Of a DNA stretch of 64,000 nucleotides, positions 39,771 to 51,985 are shown piece by piece. The DNA comes from Camelus ferus. Its lineage: Eukaryota. The notes under the pieces are model-generated. The model made no database searches and was not told the origin of the DNA. It was given only the letters and a program-made list of their open reading frames with translations. Each line of letters opens with the position of its first letter. Within the stretch, counting starts at the first letter, position 1. The translations under genes were made by a program, and so were the position numbers. The DNA lies in NCBI RefSeq assembly GCF_009834535.1, contig NC_045696.1, positions 13,332,001 through 13,396,000 of the forward strand. The letters are read 5' to 3'.

Positions 39771-42164
39771 ACGCTAATTCAGAAAACCATAAATGTTCAT
39801 TTAGGAGTGTTAGAATTTTACTCAATGATTTTAATTATAAAGTGATTATGAGAAAAATTTCAAATGAAACGGCTTGGATGATGTGAAGTAGAGTGTTATT
39901 GATTGTGGTGAATCACTGAGCAGCAGAGGTTAGAGACCTGACATTAGAGGAGATGGCACAGAAATGAAAACCAGGGACTTGCCAGCTGGGGAAGAACAAC
40001 TTTGAGGAGCAATTTAAAGTGTGTTGTTCTCTTGACGTTCAAAGTATCTTCTGGTGGTTTTTACACACTCACATTTTTTCCCCCCTCTGTCAAAATACTG
40101 CCATAGAAAACAATCAAAAGGAAAAACAATCATTTGCAGTTAGCCATCTCCTAGACCCCATGCAGGTCAAAAATTAATTTCTCATAGGTTCACTTGCAGT
40201 GAATTTGCACTGCTGCATCTCAATAAACTATTTTGTATGTGTTCTTTCTTGTCAGCCTATGTGGGTTACCATAGGCTATCCTCTATGAACTTAGAAACAA
40301 TGGAAATAAAATTGCTCCCTGGGAATTAAACTATGAATAAAAGTGGAGAATCACAGGTACCTTAGACAAGAGTGCGCGGTGCTGCAGGACTTGACTGTAA
40401 CCTGCCAAAATGTATGAATGTACTAAAAAAGAATGTATTCTCAGCAGGCTGAGTAGCCACAAAAGTTAAAGGAACAGAGTCCCAAAAGTAACATGGGCCA
40501 TGCTGTTTAACAAAGCACTGTCCTAGCCGGTGAGCAAGGCCATCCTTCTAAGTTTAATGTGTTCAGCTCTCAGGCATTGGATTAACCACCCAAATTCTTA
40601 AGGTATTCTCTTTTCATGTGCAGTAAGGAAATTTCCAATTGCTATCTGACCTGCTATATGGGTTAGTGAGGCGGACCCTGAGAAGAGGGGAAGGGAGAAG
40701 TTCATTGTCAGTTAACTAGGTTAAAAAAATGAAACTATGAACAGTGATTGCAGACAACAATTTCAGTAGCTCTCAGAGGAAATATTTTTTGACTTATTGC
40801 CGGTGTTTTTAACTCTGCCCTTCGGATCAACTCTTTTCATCATTAGAATTTAAGCAAATTTAATCCTCTCTTGTTTTAAACAATAAAGGAAAACTTTATA
40901 ACCTCCATTTTTCCAACAACACCCCCGGCCAAGTCCCAGATGATACTGTGAGAGCAAGCTATACGTTTATGAACTCTGCTCTTCTAACTGGGCTTGTTTA
41001 CCTATTGTTTCTCCCTCGCACTGAGAAAAGTGTTATTTGAATTCCCCAATGGCATTTCAGTTGTGCTATGCAGCAAGTGTTTTGTCCATGCCTGTCCAAG
41101 TCAGTTTCAGGAGGACCAGGCCCCAAGGACTTCACCAAGGAGGAAGCCAGTGTCATTAATGAAACCTCAGAGCAGAGAGAGTCAAGGGTGGAGTCCACAC
41201 CCCAGGGTTCTGCTGCCCCTTGTCATCAGGAAAGTCTCCTTTCTTGGCCACCAGTGTCAGTATGCAGATTCCTTTAGATTTTAAAGTTTGGAAACTTCCT
41301 GAGCAGCTTAAGAAAACATAAGATCCAAAGTTTTCAACATGTAGAAATAACCCAAATGAACGATCCCTTTTATTTTCTTAAATTTGGCCAGATCCATGAC
41401 AACTTGGGTAACTGTGCAGTGTTTTACATGTAATGACTTTTATGACCCAAACTCCGCTCGGCAGAGTGGTATAAGCACTTGTAATTAATACCAAAAGAAT
41501 CCACCTGGTATAAAATGCAAATTTCAAAAATCAAGTAAGATTACATGTGCAGAGCCCATCTGGAAACTTGGACACATGAGATTGCAACACGCTGAAGTGA
41601 TCTGTGGAAACCATTGCTCTTTTCCTTGCTGCGAATATGAACATGAGAAGCAGCAAGGACCTGGCAACAAGTGAACGACACCCTTGTCATATTTCTCATG
41701 ACAGCTACCTGGAATGGGCAGGGAAGGGAAAAGCAAATAAGGAAATTAAAACCATGGGCTTCTGATCCTAATTTGATCTGGAGTTGGGAAGCAGGGAAAT
41801 TCTGTAATGGTTTCTTCCCCATGGCAAAGGGTCCCGACTTTTCTGGCGACAGCGTTTCTCTGGAAGCTACACAAAGTCCCCTTTGATTGCCTGTGATCAA
41901 AGCCAGAAGGCACTCCTGCAATGGCTCCGCTTCAGAAAGCCTGGGAAGTCAGAATGCTGAGAGTATATTAATAATTTCTAAGCACATTTTTAAGTTGAGT
42001 GGTACTTCATCATTACTAAAAATGATTTGTTTCTGCCCTTCTTGTTGTACCCCAGAAAGAAAGTTAGCTTTAACTCTCCGATTTGTGTGTCATGGAGGAT
42101 TTTAAATGACACTTTCAGTTGTTCTGCTCAGAACTTATGCAGCTGACAGTGTAGAGCCAGATAG

Positions 42165-42320
42165 AGCTCAGTGGTGGAAGGCTTTCTAGAGTGGAAGTCA
42201 GGAGACTCAGTTTTGTCATTGACTGGATATAGCCTTGTGGACATGACAAAGAGCTTTGGCCTCAGTAATCCTATCTGTAAAATGGGGTGAGAATCTGGAG
42301 CTCTGTGCTCTTTGTAGCTT
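42165..42320 (+). mobile_element. MIR fragment
   Basis: 'ggaagtcaggagactcag', 'ggcctcagtaatcctatctgtaaaatgggg'. Confidence 0.65.
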
Positions 42321-42564
42321 CTATGGGGCATCCTTGTTAATGAGGCTTCTTTGGATTGATTCCATACACCCTCATTTATAGCCATGGCTGACCCTTGGCA
42401 AGATTGCCGAATCCTGAACCTTTGCCTTGATCTTCTTTCCTTCTCTTTCTGTCCCCTCTCTGCCATGCTTGATGTTTCTGTCAGCAGGAAGTGTGCAGAC
42501 ATCTTAACGTGAATTAGGATATAGCACCTGGCCAAGAAAGATTTATATTTTTAAAAAGGGCAGC

Positions 42565-42596
42565 AAGAAAAGAGAGAAAGAGAGAAAGAGAAAGAG

Positions 42597-42667
<71 letters not shown>

Positions 42668-42754
42668 AGAAGAAGAAAGGAAGGAAGGAAGGGAAGGAAG
42701 GGAAGGAAGGAAGGGAAGGAAAGAAGGAAAGAAGGAAGAGAAAGAAAGAAGGAA
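42565..42754. repeat. 190-nt pure-purine compound microsatellite (GA/GAAA/GGAA)
   Basis: Seen directly; explains the low-complexity ORFs at 42514-42800. Confidence 0.95.
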
Positions 42755-43231
42755 CTTGATGTATGTGGGCAAGGCAGCATATTTTAGTATTGTATGTCAA
42801 CTGTGCAATTTATTATTTGTGTGAATTTCATCAAATTATTTGGCTTCTCTGTGTCTCAGTTCTTTATATAATAAAACTTAGTCTGTAAGTTTGCAGTAAA
42901 GTTAAAAAGGTGAAGTGTTCATAAAAAGTGTAAACTTGTATTTATTTACAAAGGTACATAATCTAAATTGTGCAATTTTTATTAAATTTTTACTATTTAC
43001 TTACAGATTTCATGAATTTTGGTAGCAGTGATAGTAGAGAAGTATTAGTAGGAGTGGTTGTAGTGATAAGAGCTACCAAATTATGTTTTAATTATGACAT
43101 TTCATATACAGCGATGAACCAGGGTAAAAGAATTAACTGGGGAGAAGATAGGGTTTTTCTGGTGCAATTACAATATGCATGTCTGTTTCTAGTACAATGT
43201 ATAAACTATATACCTGGAGTATTTTTTTTAG

Positions 43232-43319
43232 TTTCCTTCCTTCCTTCCTTCCTTCCTTCCTTCCTTCCTTCCTTCCTTCCTTCCTTCCTCTGTCTCTCTC
43301 TCTCTCTTTCTCCCCTTTC
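43232..43319. repeat. (TTCC)14 plus (TC)n pyrimidine microsatellite
   Basis: Seen directly; TTCC units at 43233-43288. Confidence 0.95.
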
Positions 43320-45525
43320 ATCTGCATTGACAAACTCCAGCCCTGGATGCACTTTAAGGGAAGACAAGCCAACAGCAGGGTAAAAACATTGTCCTGGATC
43401 AGAACTTTCTGTCAGGAGTGACTACAAGAGGCATCTGGTGAGGATGAAGGAAGTAGCTATTTTAACTGGGATGCTGAAGACTTGAGGATCAGAACTATAG
43501 CTGACATTTGGGGACCTAGCAGGGGTATATAGACAAAATGTGCCATCAAGTTTGTCCTGAGAAACCTCTTGCTGAGGCACATTTTCTTCTAAACATGGGA
43601 CCCCCAGGCAGTGTGGTCGAAACTCTTCCTGTTCTGCTGACCAGAGTCAGTGGTGAGAAAGCAGGGAGAGTGTAGAATAAGAGAAGCAAAAACTGGAGAA
43701 TGGTGAAAAGGCAGACACATAGATCCTCAGAAGGAAAAGGAAAACCTTTGATAGTGAGGGATTTTGAATAATATTAATTGGCAAGAAAACTGCCTCCAAC
43801 CACCCTACCCTAACCTCAGCCTTTGGCACATCACCAGTACCAATGCCACCTCCTTCTCATCTGTTGATCAGAACCAAGATGGTGGGACTGGATTTTTCCT
43901 CAAGATCTTCCCCCGCAAGGTACCTCTTGGTGCCACCTTTCCCTTTCCAGGTTGCTCTTGAGGCTAAAGGTTTATCATGACATTGTCTCTGTCCACTGGA
44001 GTAGGGAGTGAGCATATGCTATTGCATAACCATTTCTTATTGATGGTCCACAGCCTGCCAAAACTCAGCTGTGTGCTCCAGAAGCCTTTCTTTGTACCTT
44101 CCAGCCACAGAGCAGCTCTGCTCATGCCTGTCAACCTAAGGCACCCATCAACATTAGGTGCAAGAGAGTTTTCACTGCAGTGGGAAGGAATCTTTGCAAA
44201 CAGCCTGGTGGATACTGGTGCATCCTGATTTTTACATAAGTTGCACGCAATCAGACCAGTTTGTGTAACGAACATTTGCCTTATGACCATTCTTATTACT
44301 TCCCACCCCAATTCCACCTAAGGGGAGTTTCACTAGAGGAGCTGGCTGCCTTCCCTACCTGCGGGTAACACATTCACAAAGTTAATGAGCACATGTGCAC
44401 CTGGCAGTGGACATCACCATTTTATTTGTTTCCAAATATGACTGGCACAGGTTGTCTAGGTTATACAAAATCTGAATTAAAATGGTCAGCTTCTATAGCA
44501 CTGACAAGAGATAACAGCCACCACAGCGAGGGCTCTTCTGAGAAACCTGCAATGTCTCCAAGGTCTCTTCGGGGTTCAAGAAGATACTGATTTTTCTCAA
44601 TTACAGCATCTTGTTATGTGGCTCTCATTTGCCCCTGTCCAAATTAAGCTCTATTAAAATGATATTTCTTTCTATTCAAACATTGATTCTTGTTGCTTTT
44701 AAAAATCCTCTTTCTGGCTTTATTTCCAGAAATAATTTTTAAACTTTTCTTCCTATGGATTTATGTGGCAATTGGATTTCAGTTACCAAGGTCCCCAAAT
44801 GCTCAGCTCTTCCCTAATAAATTCAATAACCTCACTGTATCAGCGCTTTCTTTCGGGGAAATTTGGCTTTATTATCCTCTTGATCTCCTCGGGCTTTTAA
44901 TATTTTTAGTAACTAGTAATCCTGTGACTTCCACGAGATGAGGTCAGGGCTACAGTGGACTGTTACTTTGCTTTCATTAGCATGTGTCTAAACACTTAAC
45001 CTTGGAATTGTACCCTTTCCGATAGCTTTTCCCATTTAGCCATTTTCACTCTAATTTAACTCTTTATAAGAACAAAGGACTTTATTGTCTTGAGATGGGT
45101 AATCAAGCAGTGGTACTTATTCTTTGGCTATCGGCTGTGAGCACAAAGGACGTGTGAACATTTATAAAAGAGAAGATCTCTTCTTTGTCTTAGAGAAACT
45201 TATCATTTCTTGGGGGAGATCAAATACTGAGGGAAAAAAAAGGGAGGCTTAAAAATGTCCTACAAAGCAAAGTCAAGGAGAAAGTGCAAGTGTGTAATGC
45301 GTCTGTTCCTGAGCAGTAACAGGAAGACGGCTCCTTAAGTGACTGGAGGAGGCAGGAGTAGAGGACTCTGCACAGGACGGCTGGAGAAGTTCATATTTGA
45401 TATGACAGGCTTCTCTAGCTCCTATTTGAACTTGGAAATAAAGAACATAACACACGGTGTTCTTATCAGAGGATAATATGCCAGGGGCAAGAGCTTTTGT
45501 CTGGTGAGTGCATGTATATGTATGT

Positions 45526-45527
<2 letters not shown>

Positions 45528-45563
<36 letters not shown>
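45528..45563. repeat. (GT)n microsatellite
   Basis: Seen directly. Confidence 0.95.
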
Positions 45564-45568
<5 letters not shown>

Positions 45569-46884
45569 GAGTTTGCCTACCATTGTCTTTCATTCATTCT
45601 TAGTGGAAAAGAATAATGGCCCAGGGTTTGAACTAATAAACATTTCATGGTATAAGTTATCTAGTGCAATGTAAGAAACTGATACCCCTTTCTTCATTAA
45701 TGATAGAATATACTTTGATTAAAGCAAAAAGAAATTCTTCATCTGCATTACACAAACAGGTTAAGAAGGAATTAATGAGAAGATCTTTTATTCCTTCTAG
45801 GAAAATCAATTTTATACTGGTTTCCTCAGCTTCCTGTCAAGGAAACAACTTAACTCTCCATACAATAAAATGTCTTTGAGGCAAACAGTATGTGCATGAC
45901 ATGAGACTACACTGGAATCAACACAAGACCCTCCATGAACAGCGGGCCAGCTTACTGAAGGCCTCTGGTATAGACGGGCTTCTTATTACTGTCAATTACC
46001 ATGCAACTGTCCTTACAAAACAAAACCAGAGTATTTTACCAAGTCCAACATAGCTTCAGGACAAAAAAGGAAGTGGGAATAAAAAATAGAAAACAAATCA
46101 CTCATTCTGTTCTAGAGAATAAAAACATATTGTCAGGTTATTTTTTAAACAAGTATCTTTAAAAATAACTCCTTTGCTGTACTAAACAAAAGAGAATTTT
46201 TGATTTTGTGTACAGCTGTATGGAATATTTTAGGTGAACAGTATGAAGAGCTGAGGGAATATTCTATGTACCTGAGAAGGGGTAATGGTGTGCAAGGTTG
46301 GATAATTGGATAATCTATGCACTTGTGTATAAGTATATACAGTATCATGTGTCCATTGAGCAAAATCCACCTGGATCTGAATATATAAATATCTAGATGA
46401 ATGAGAGAAAGTTATTGGGATCCTCCTGGAGGGGGAAAATCCTTCAAAGGCAAGAATATTTTTGAATACACTGACTCATTACTACAGCTGTACTCTGCAG
46501 ATAAGTCCTAGGTGTTCAGAACATGACCCTGATATGGAGACATCTCCATGTATAAATTTGTGTATGTAGTAAAATATTCTGAATTACTCATCTCTCCTGT
46601 GTACTAAAGTGTTAACCAGAAACTCAGACAGATTAAAGTTTGAACAAATGAACTTTATTCACATGGATTACTCTACGTTAATGAATTTAAACAGAGAAGT
46701 GGATAGTACGAAACAATGGAGAAGTCCAAAGTAACTGATGTGTGGCTTTGAAATGTACCTGGAGAGAGCTGATCAGACATATGCATCATGCCTGCTAAAA
46801 GAGCCCAAGGCCCCAGCTAGGAGATCAATCAACAGTGTGGAAGGAAGAGCTAAACTTCCTACAGAAAACACATGTAAAATAGTC

Positions 46885-47030
46885 TACCAAGCAAGGATTC
46901 AAATTTTGGGTCTTACCACGTAGTCCAGTTACACAATCTCAGATCACAGAACATAGTTTTCTCACCTGTGAAATGGGGATGATCCCTACATTGTAAGATT
47001 TCTATGAGGAGTAAATACAAAAATACATGT
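46885..47030 (+). mobile_element. MIR fragment
   Basis: 'agttttctcacctgtgaaatggggatgat..ctacat..gtaagatt..atgagga'. Confidence 0.65.
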
Positions 47031-47140
47031 CTGATCCAGGGTAGTGTGACGGTCAGTTTTGTGTGTCAATCTGGCTAGGTTATAGTACTCAGTTATTCAA
47101 TCAAGTACTAACCAGTGCTGCTGTGAAGGTGTTTTACAGA

Positions 47141-47670
47141 GCAGGGAAGCAGAGTTTGCCAACCCAAAATATATCTCTTCAGCGTATTCATTGTTTTAAG
47201 CTGGTTATTTTTTTTTTTTAAAGAAACATGAAAGACACTCTGTAAACTAGCTAGGAGTTACCGTTTTGTAAGACACATTTATATTTAAAAGGAAAATCTC
47301 CATCTGCAAGGATCTCTCCGTGACTGTACCAGGAAGAGGAGGATGGCCAAATCTCTAGAAACTCCTCTCAATGGAGAAACCAATAAATGACTTAGCTCTG
47401 CATAAACAACATTTCCCTTATTTACTGTACTTTTCCTGGGAACTTTCCATAGCTGACTCTCAACATCCTCTTTTGTCTTTAGCTGAAGACAGTATTTAAG
47501 GTGAGGGTTTTGGCCACTTTAGTGAGTTATTCAGCTTTCTTGGGTCTCTCCCATGTATACATCTTATCAAAACTTTGATTTTCTCTTGTTAATCCACCTC
47601 AAGTCAACTTAATTCTCAGACTAGCCAGAGGAACCTAGAAGGGTAGAGGAAAATTTCTTCCTCTCTGACA
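47141..47670 (+). mobile_element. MER34-type ERV1 solo LTR nested in MLT2D
   Basis: 'gcagagtttgccaacccaaaatatatctctt..', 'tttagctgaagacagtatttaag', end 'gaacctagaagggtagaggaaaatttcttcctctctgaca'. Confidence 0.75.
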
Positions 47671-47921
47671 GTAGATATTATTAGCATATACCGTCAGTTG
47701 GATTTAAGTAAAAGGGATTATCTTCTGTAATCTGAGCGTGTCTGATCCAACTAGTAGAGAAGATTTAAGAATAGTACTAAGGTTTTCCTGAGAAAGGGGA
47801 AATTCTGCTTGTGGGTTGCAGTGACAGCTCCTGCCTGAGAGTTTCTATCCTAAACCTATCATCTGTCTGTCTGTCTATCTACGTACCTATCATCTATCTG
47901 TCTATATTGGTTATATTTCTC

Positions 47922-48717
47922 CCTGTGTTTGGCTTCTTTGCCTAAACATTTTTGCAATATAACTAATTGGCCTTAGGACAACTTTGCCATGAAAGATAAA
48001 GTAATTGTCTGACACTTTGGTTTCAATTGGTTAAAATATGTTAGCTGTGCTATTGATGACTTCTTCTAGCTGACAGTTGATGATGACTTGCTCCAAAAGT
48101 TGGTTTCTTATTTTGAAACACACACTTTGAAGAATAAAGAAGCCGTGGACCTCGAAGGCACAGGGTTGAACCCGCATTTCCTGTAGAACTCTGTAGTATC
48201 TATCAACAGACACATGACAACATGTCAAGAACATATAACAGTGTAGAGACTTTCACAACGCAATACAAACTCAGTTACAAACATGCATCCTAGTATTTAA
48301 CACCTCCCTCAGTGAAGGAAGATGTTTTAGTGAAAAAGAAAAGAAGTTTAATGCTGAACAAAGAGACAAATCAGCAAGCAAAAAAGAATGAAAAAAAATG
48401 TACAAAATACTACAAACAAGAGACTTGGAAGACAAATGCTTAGGTACAACCCACAAAGTAAAAGTAGGCATTTGTGCAGAATTGCCGTGAATCTACACAC
48501 ATCTTAAATGTATTCAAATATTTTGTATTTGTAATAAAGTCTTGTTAATTGTTATTCATTTTTTCATGTTTTATTATATCCTTTTTAATGTTCCTCTTTT
48601 ATTTTTTATTATTTTATCTTTTACAGCAAAATTGTCTTGTGGCCAATTAACTAGGCAGTGAAAATATTTGTGGCAAAGTTGTCTATACTAAAGCTTATAG
48701 CAAAGCTACCTAGAACC
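47922..48717 (+). mobile_element. Internally deleted Mutator/MULE (MuDR, Phantom/Ricksha-like) DNA transposon with transposase C-terminal remnant
   Basis: Long imperfect TIRs (47935-48005 versus 48608-48717); frameshifted translation LVSYFETH / RRHRVEPAFPVELCSIYQQTHDNMSRTYNSVE / FHNAIQ / SVTNMHPSI* / HLCRIAVNL; degraded ~10-bp TSD tatatttctc / actttgtctc. Confidence 0.75.
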
Positions 48718-49099
48718 ACTTTGTCTCATGGAAGCCTGACTGTTAAAAGTGAGAACTCCCAAATATTACTTTACTTATAATCCAAATATAAGTATGTATG
48801 TTTGAAAGCATAAATTCTACATTTCTATCACACTATGGTGGTAGATACAAATAAATATTTGTTGTCTGCTCACTTCACTAGATTAAACTAGAGGAGAAAA
48901 GAATTGTTACCTGCTGCTTTTCCCCAAGTCTTTTCCTTTTAGTGCATTAGTGTGGATTCACTGATTTAAAGGGTAGTTATCATACAGCCAGGCAGCCTGA
49001 TCTTGAAGGGGATCAGGTGTAAGGAAGGCTGATTTCTCTGGCTGAGAAGGGGAAGGGAGTATTTGAGGGGTAAGAATGTCAGCAGCAAGGTCAACATGG

Positions 49100-49270
49100 A
49101 AGACCATTTACCATGCACCAGGCACCACTCTTCACAGTCAGTTAAAAGACATTCATTTATTTAATCTTCACAGGAGGTAAATAGCTCTCTCATCCCTGCA
49201 TTTTAGATGTGGGTTTGGGAGCATAGAGTTTAAATCACCTGTCCTGAAATGTGGCAGAGATGCAAGGGTC
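49100..49270 (-). mobile_element. MIR fragment
   Basis: 'atttaccatgcaccaggcac..tttaatcttcaca..ttttagatg'. Confidence 0.6.
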
Positions 49271-49829
49271 ATGGCAAAAACAAGTTCTACAGAGCTATGT
49301 GACTACAGAATAGCATCATCACTTTTGTTGTCTCCTTATCCGAAGAGGTAAGATCCAGGTAGGTCACCTTGACACAAAAATTCAATTCCCTGGAAGCATG
49401 GACCATCCTCAGCAAGCCTCTGCTGTGGAAGGAGACTTAGAGATGAGAAAGCAAGAGAGTGGGGAGACCTCATGGGGCAGGATCCTGAAAACAAGAGAGT
49501 GAGGAAAGGTGTCACTGCAGGGACAATGTCTTGGTCATTTCTGTTCTCTAGCATTTAGCTCAGCGCCTGAAGAGTAGTGCAAACTCAAAGTATCCATCAT
49601 GAATTGAATAGAAAGGTCAGAACAACATTTTACCAAGAACTGGCCTTGGTGTTATGATTGGAAGAGAAATGCAAAGCCTACCCTTACCAACTCTCTGTGT
49701 GATCGAGGCCACGGTTATCCAATGTTGTGTGATTTATAAAAACCTCTCAAAGATCTCAAAGAACATCTGAATTTTTTAAGTAGATGTCTCAAAAAATTAA
49801 GGAGAATCTTATTATGGAAATAAAATATT

Positions 49830-50865
49830 AGAAAGAAAATATTTGCAAATGATGCGACTGACAAGGGACTAATTTCCAAAATATACTGACAGCTCATATA
49901 CCTTAATATCGAAAAAACAAGCAACCCAATCAAAAAAATGGGCAGAAGACCTAAATAGACATCTCTCCAAAGACATACAGATGGCCAACAAGCACATGAA
50001 AAGATGCTCAACATCACTAATTGTTAGAGGAATGCAAATCAAAACTACAACGAGGTATCACCTTACACAAGTAAGAATGGTCATCATTAAAAAGTCTACA
50101 AATGATAAATGCTGGAGAGAGTGTGTTAAAAAAGGAACCCTCCTACATTGTTGGTGGGAATGTAAAGTGGTGCAGCCACTATGGAGGACAGTACGGAGGT
50201 TCCTTATAAAACAAAAGCAGATTTACTATATGATTCAGCAATTCCACTCCTGAAAATATACCTGAAGAAAAACATAATTCAAAAAGCCACATGCACCTCA
50301 GTGTTCATAGCAGCACTATTTACAATGGCCAAGATATGGAAACAACCCAAATGCCCATCAACAGATGACTGGATAAAAAAAATGTGAGATTCACAAACAC
50401 ACAGACACAGACACACACACACTCACACACACACACAATGGAATAGTACTCAGCCACAAAAAGAATAAAATAATGCTATTTGCAGCAACATTGATGGACC
50501 TGGAGATCATCATTCTAAGTAAAGTAAGCCAGAGAGAGAAATAAAAATGCCATATGATATCGCTTATATATGGAATCTACAAAGAAAGGACAAAAATGAA
50601 CTTATGTACAAAACAGAAACAGATTGACAGAAATAGAGAACAAACTTATGGTTACCAGTGGGTAAAGCCGGTGGGAAGGGATTAATTGGCAATTCGAAAA
50701 TTGCACCTCTGGGGGAGTGATGGAAATGTTAGCTATCTTGATTGTGGTGGTGGTTTCATTGGCGTAATACATCTATTAAAATTCATCAAATTATACATTT
50801 GAAATATCTGTTAGTTTACTGTACAGGAAACATACCACAATAAAGGTGTTACAAAAAAGAAATAA
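49830..50865 (+). mobile_element. 5'-truncated L1: ORF2 C-terminal remnant plus 3' UTR
   Basis: ORF track 49981-50253 ([33 protein letters not shown]) and 50181-50387 (..FIAALFTMAKIWKQPKCPS..WIKKM) are the L1 ORF2 cysteine-rich C-terminus, frameshifted; ends aataaa plus A tail. Confidence 0.95.
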
Positions 50866-51452
50866 ATGAAAAGACTTTATGATATTAGTACCCTTTGGTT
50901 TGCCACTTGAAATCCAATCCAGTGACTCAACTGTATACCATTTAGGTACAGTTCTCATATGACATTTAAAAGGAATTGGTAGTCTTCAATTCTCATCACA
51001 GAAATTACTTTAATTGGTAAATCTCTGCAGAGAGAGCAGGGGCTCAAAAGGCAGAGTGGAAACTAAGCTTCTTTTTAATTTCTTAGTTTACCTATTTTGA
51101 TAAATAGCATTAACTACTCTAACACAGGGCTACTATTATGATGGCTAAATTTAGTATTTAAGTGTATCATTGAAAGAAATTGCCCTATTTCTGTGAATTA
51201 AAGATGTTTGTTTTTCTAAATCTGCCAATTTGATTAACTAGCACAATTAGCAAAGTATAGAAAATTTGAAACATAAACCGTGACTATGTCTATGAGATTG
51301 ATTCATTTCCCCTAGTAGATTCTTCTTTAAAATAATGTTGGTATTAGGATTACATTGTTATTTTTTCTTAAACTCTTGCTCAAAAAGTTAGCCAATGAAA
51401 ACACATTGAATATCCACTAGATAATAATTCTTTCAGAGGACTTAACTTTATC

Positions 51453-51666
51453 CAGGTTTTCTCAACCTCAGCTCTAGTGACAGTTTTGAGCTGGACAATT
51501 CTTTGTTGCGGGGGTGGTCCTGTGTGTTTGAATGTTTAGCAATATTCCTGACCTCCACCCGTTACTGTCAGTATTACCCCTCTCCCAGTTGTGACCACGA
51601 AAAGTGTCTCCAGACAGTGCCATATAACCCCAAGGGGGCAAAATCACTCCCAGCTGAGAAACACTG
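51453..51666 (-). mobile_element. MER20 hAT-Charlie MITE
   Basis: 'caggttttctcaacctcag..ccagttgtgacc..gtctccagaca..gggggcaaaatcactcccagctgagaaacactg' with TIRs. Confidence 0.9.
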
Positions 51667-51687
51667 CTTGAAATCCATAGAATAGAT

Positions 51688-51985
51688 TGTATTTGACAGG
51701 AAATTGATTACAGGCTACCTGTGACAAACATTCCCAGATCTTAGTGGGTTAAGACAACAAAACATTTATATTCTGCTCAAATCAGAGTACAATGAGGGTC
51801 ATTACAGTAGGAAGGGGAAGTATGTTCCATGTAAGGAAACCTTCCATCTTGCAGTTGCTGGGGCCACTGGCCAGAATTTTATCATGTGCATCCACCTAAA
51901 TGCAACAAAAGATGGGAAATACAGTCTAGCTGCATGCAAAGCAGACCAGGAAGAAGGTTAGTGAATAATAGCAAGTCTCTGCCAT
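51688..51985 (-). mobile_element. MLT1J/K-type MaLR LTR
   Basis: 'atcttagtgggttaagacaacaaaacattta', 'ctggccagaa..cacctaaatgcaa..tgggaaatacagtct'. Confidence 0.65.

Larger units (their letters stand above)
47045..48747 (+). mobile_element. MLT2D ERVL solo LTR in three pieces (47045-47140, 47671-47921, 48718-48747)
   Basis: 'tgtgacggtcagttttgtgtgtcaatctggctagg..ctgtgaaggtgtttt'; 'gtagat..ttaagtaaaagggattatc'; terminal 'tctcatggaagcctgactgttaaa' after the MULE element. Confidence 0.75.

Noticed and set aside
42514..43421. Long overlapping ORFs rich in F/L/S or G/R/K/E
   Set aside because: They are translations of GAAA/GGAA/TTCC microsatellites, not genes.
47033..47044. gatccagggtag as the left terminus of the MULE, which would make MULE the host of MLT2D
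   Set aside because: Only 8/12 match to the right terminus, and the MLT2D 3' end resumes after 48717, so the MULE lies inside MLT2D.
49981..50387. ORFs with clear protein homology
   Set aside because: Frameshifted L1 ORF2 C-terminus in a 5'-truncated copy; not a host gene.
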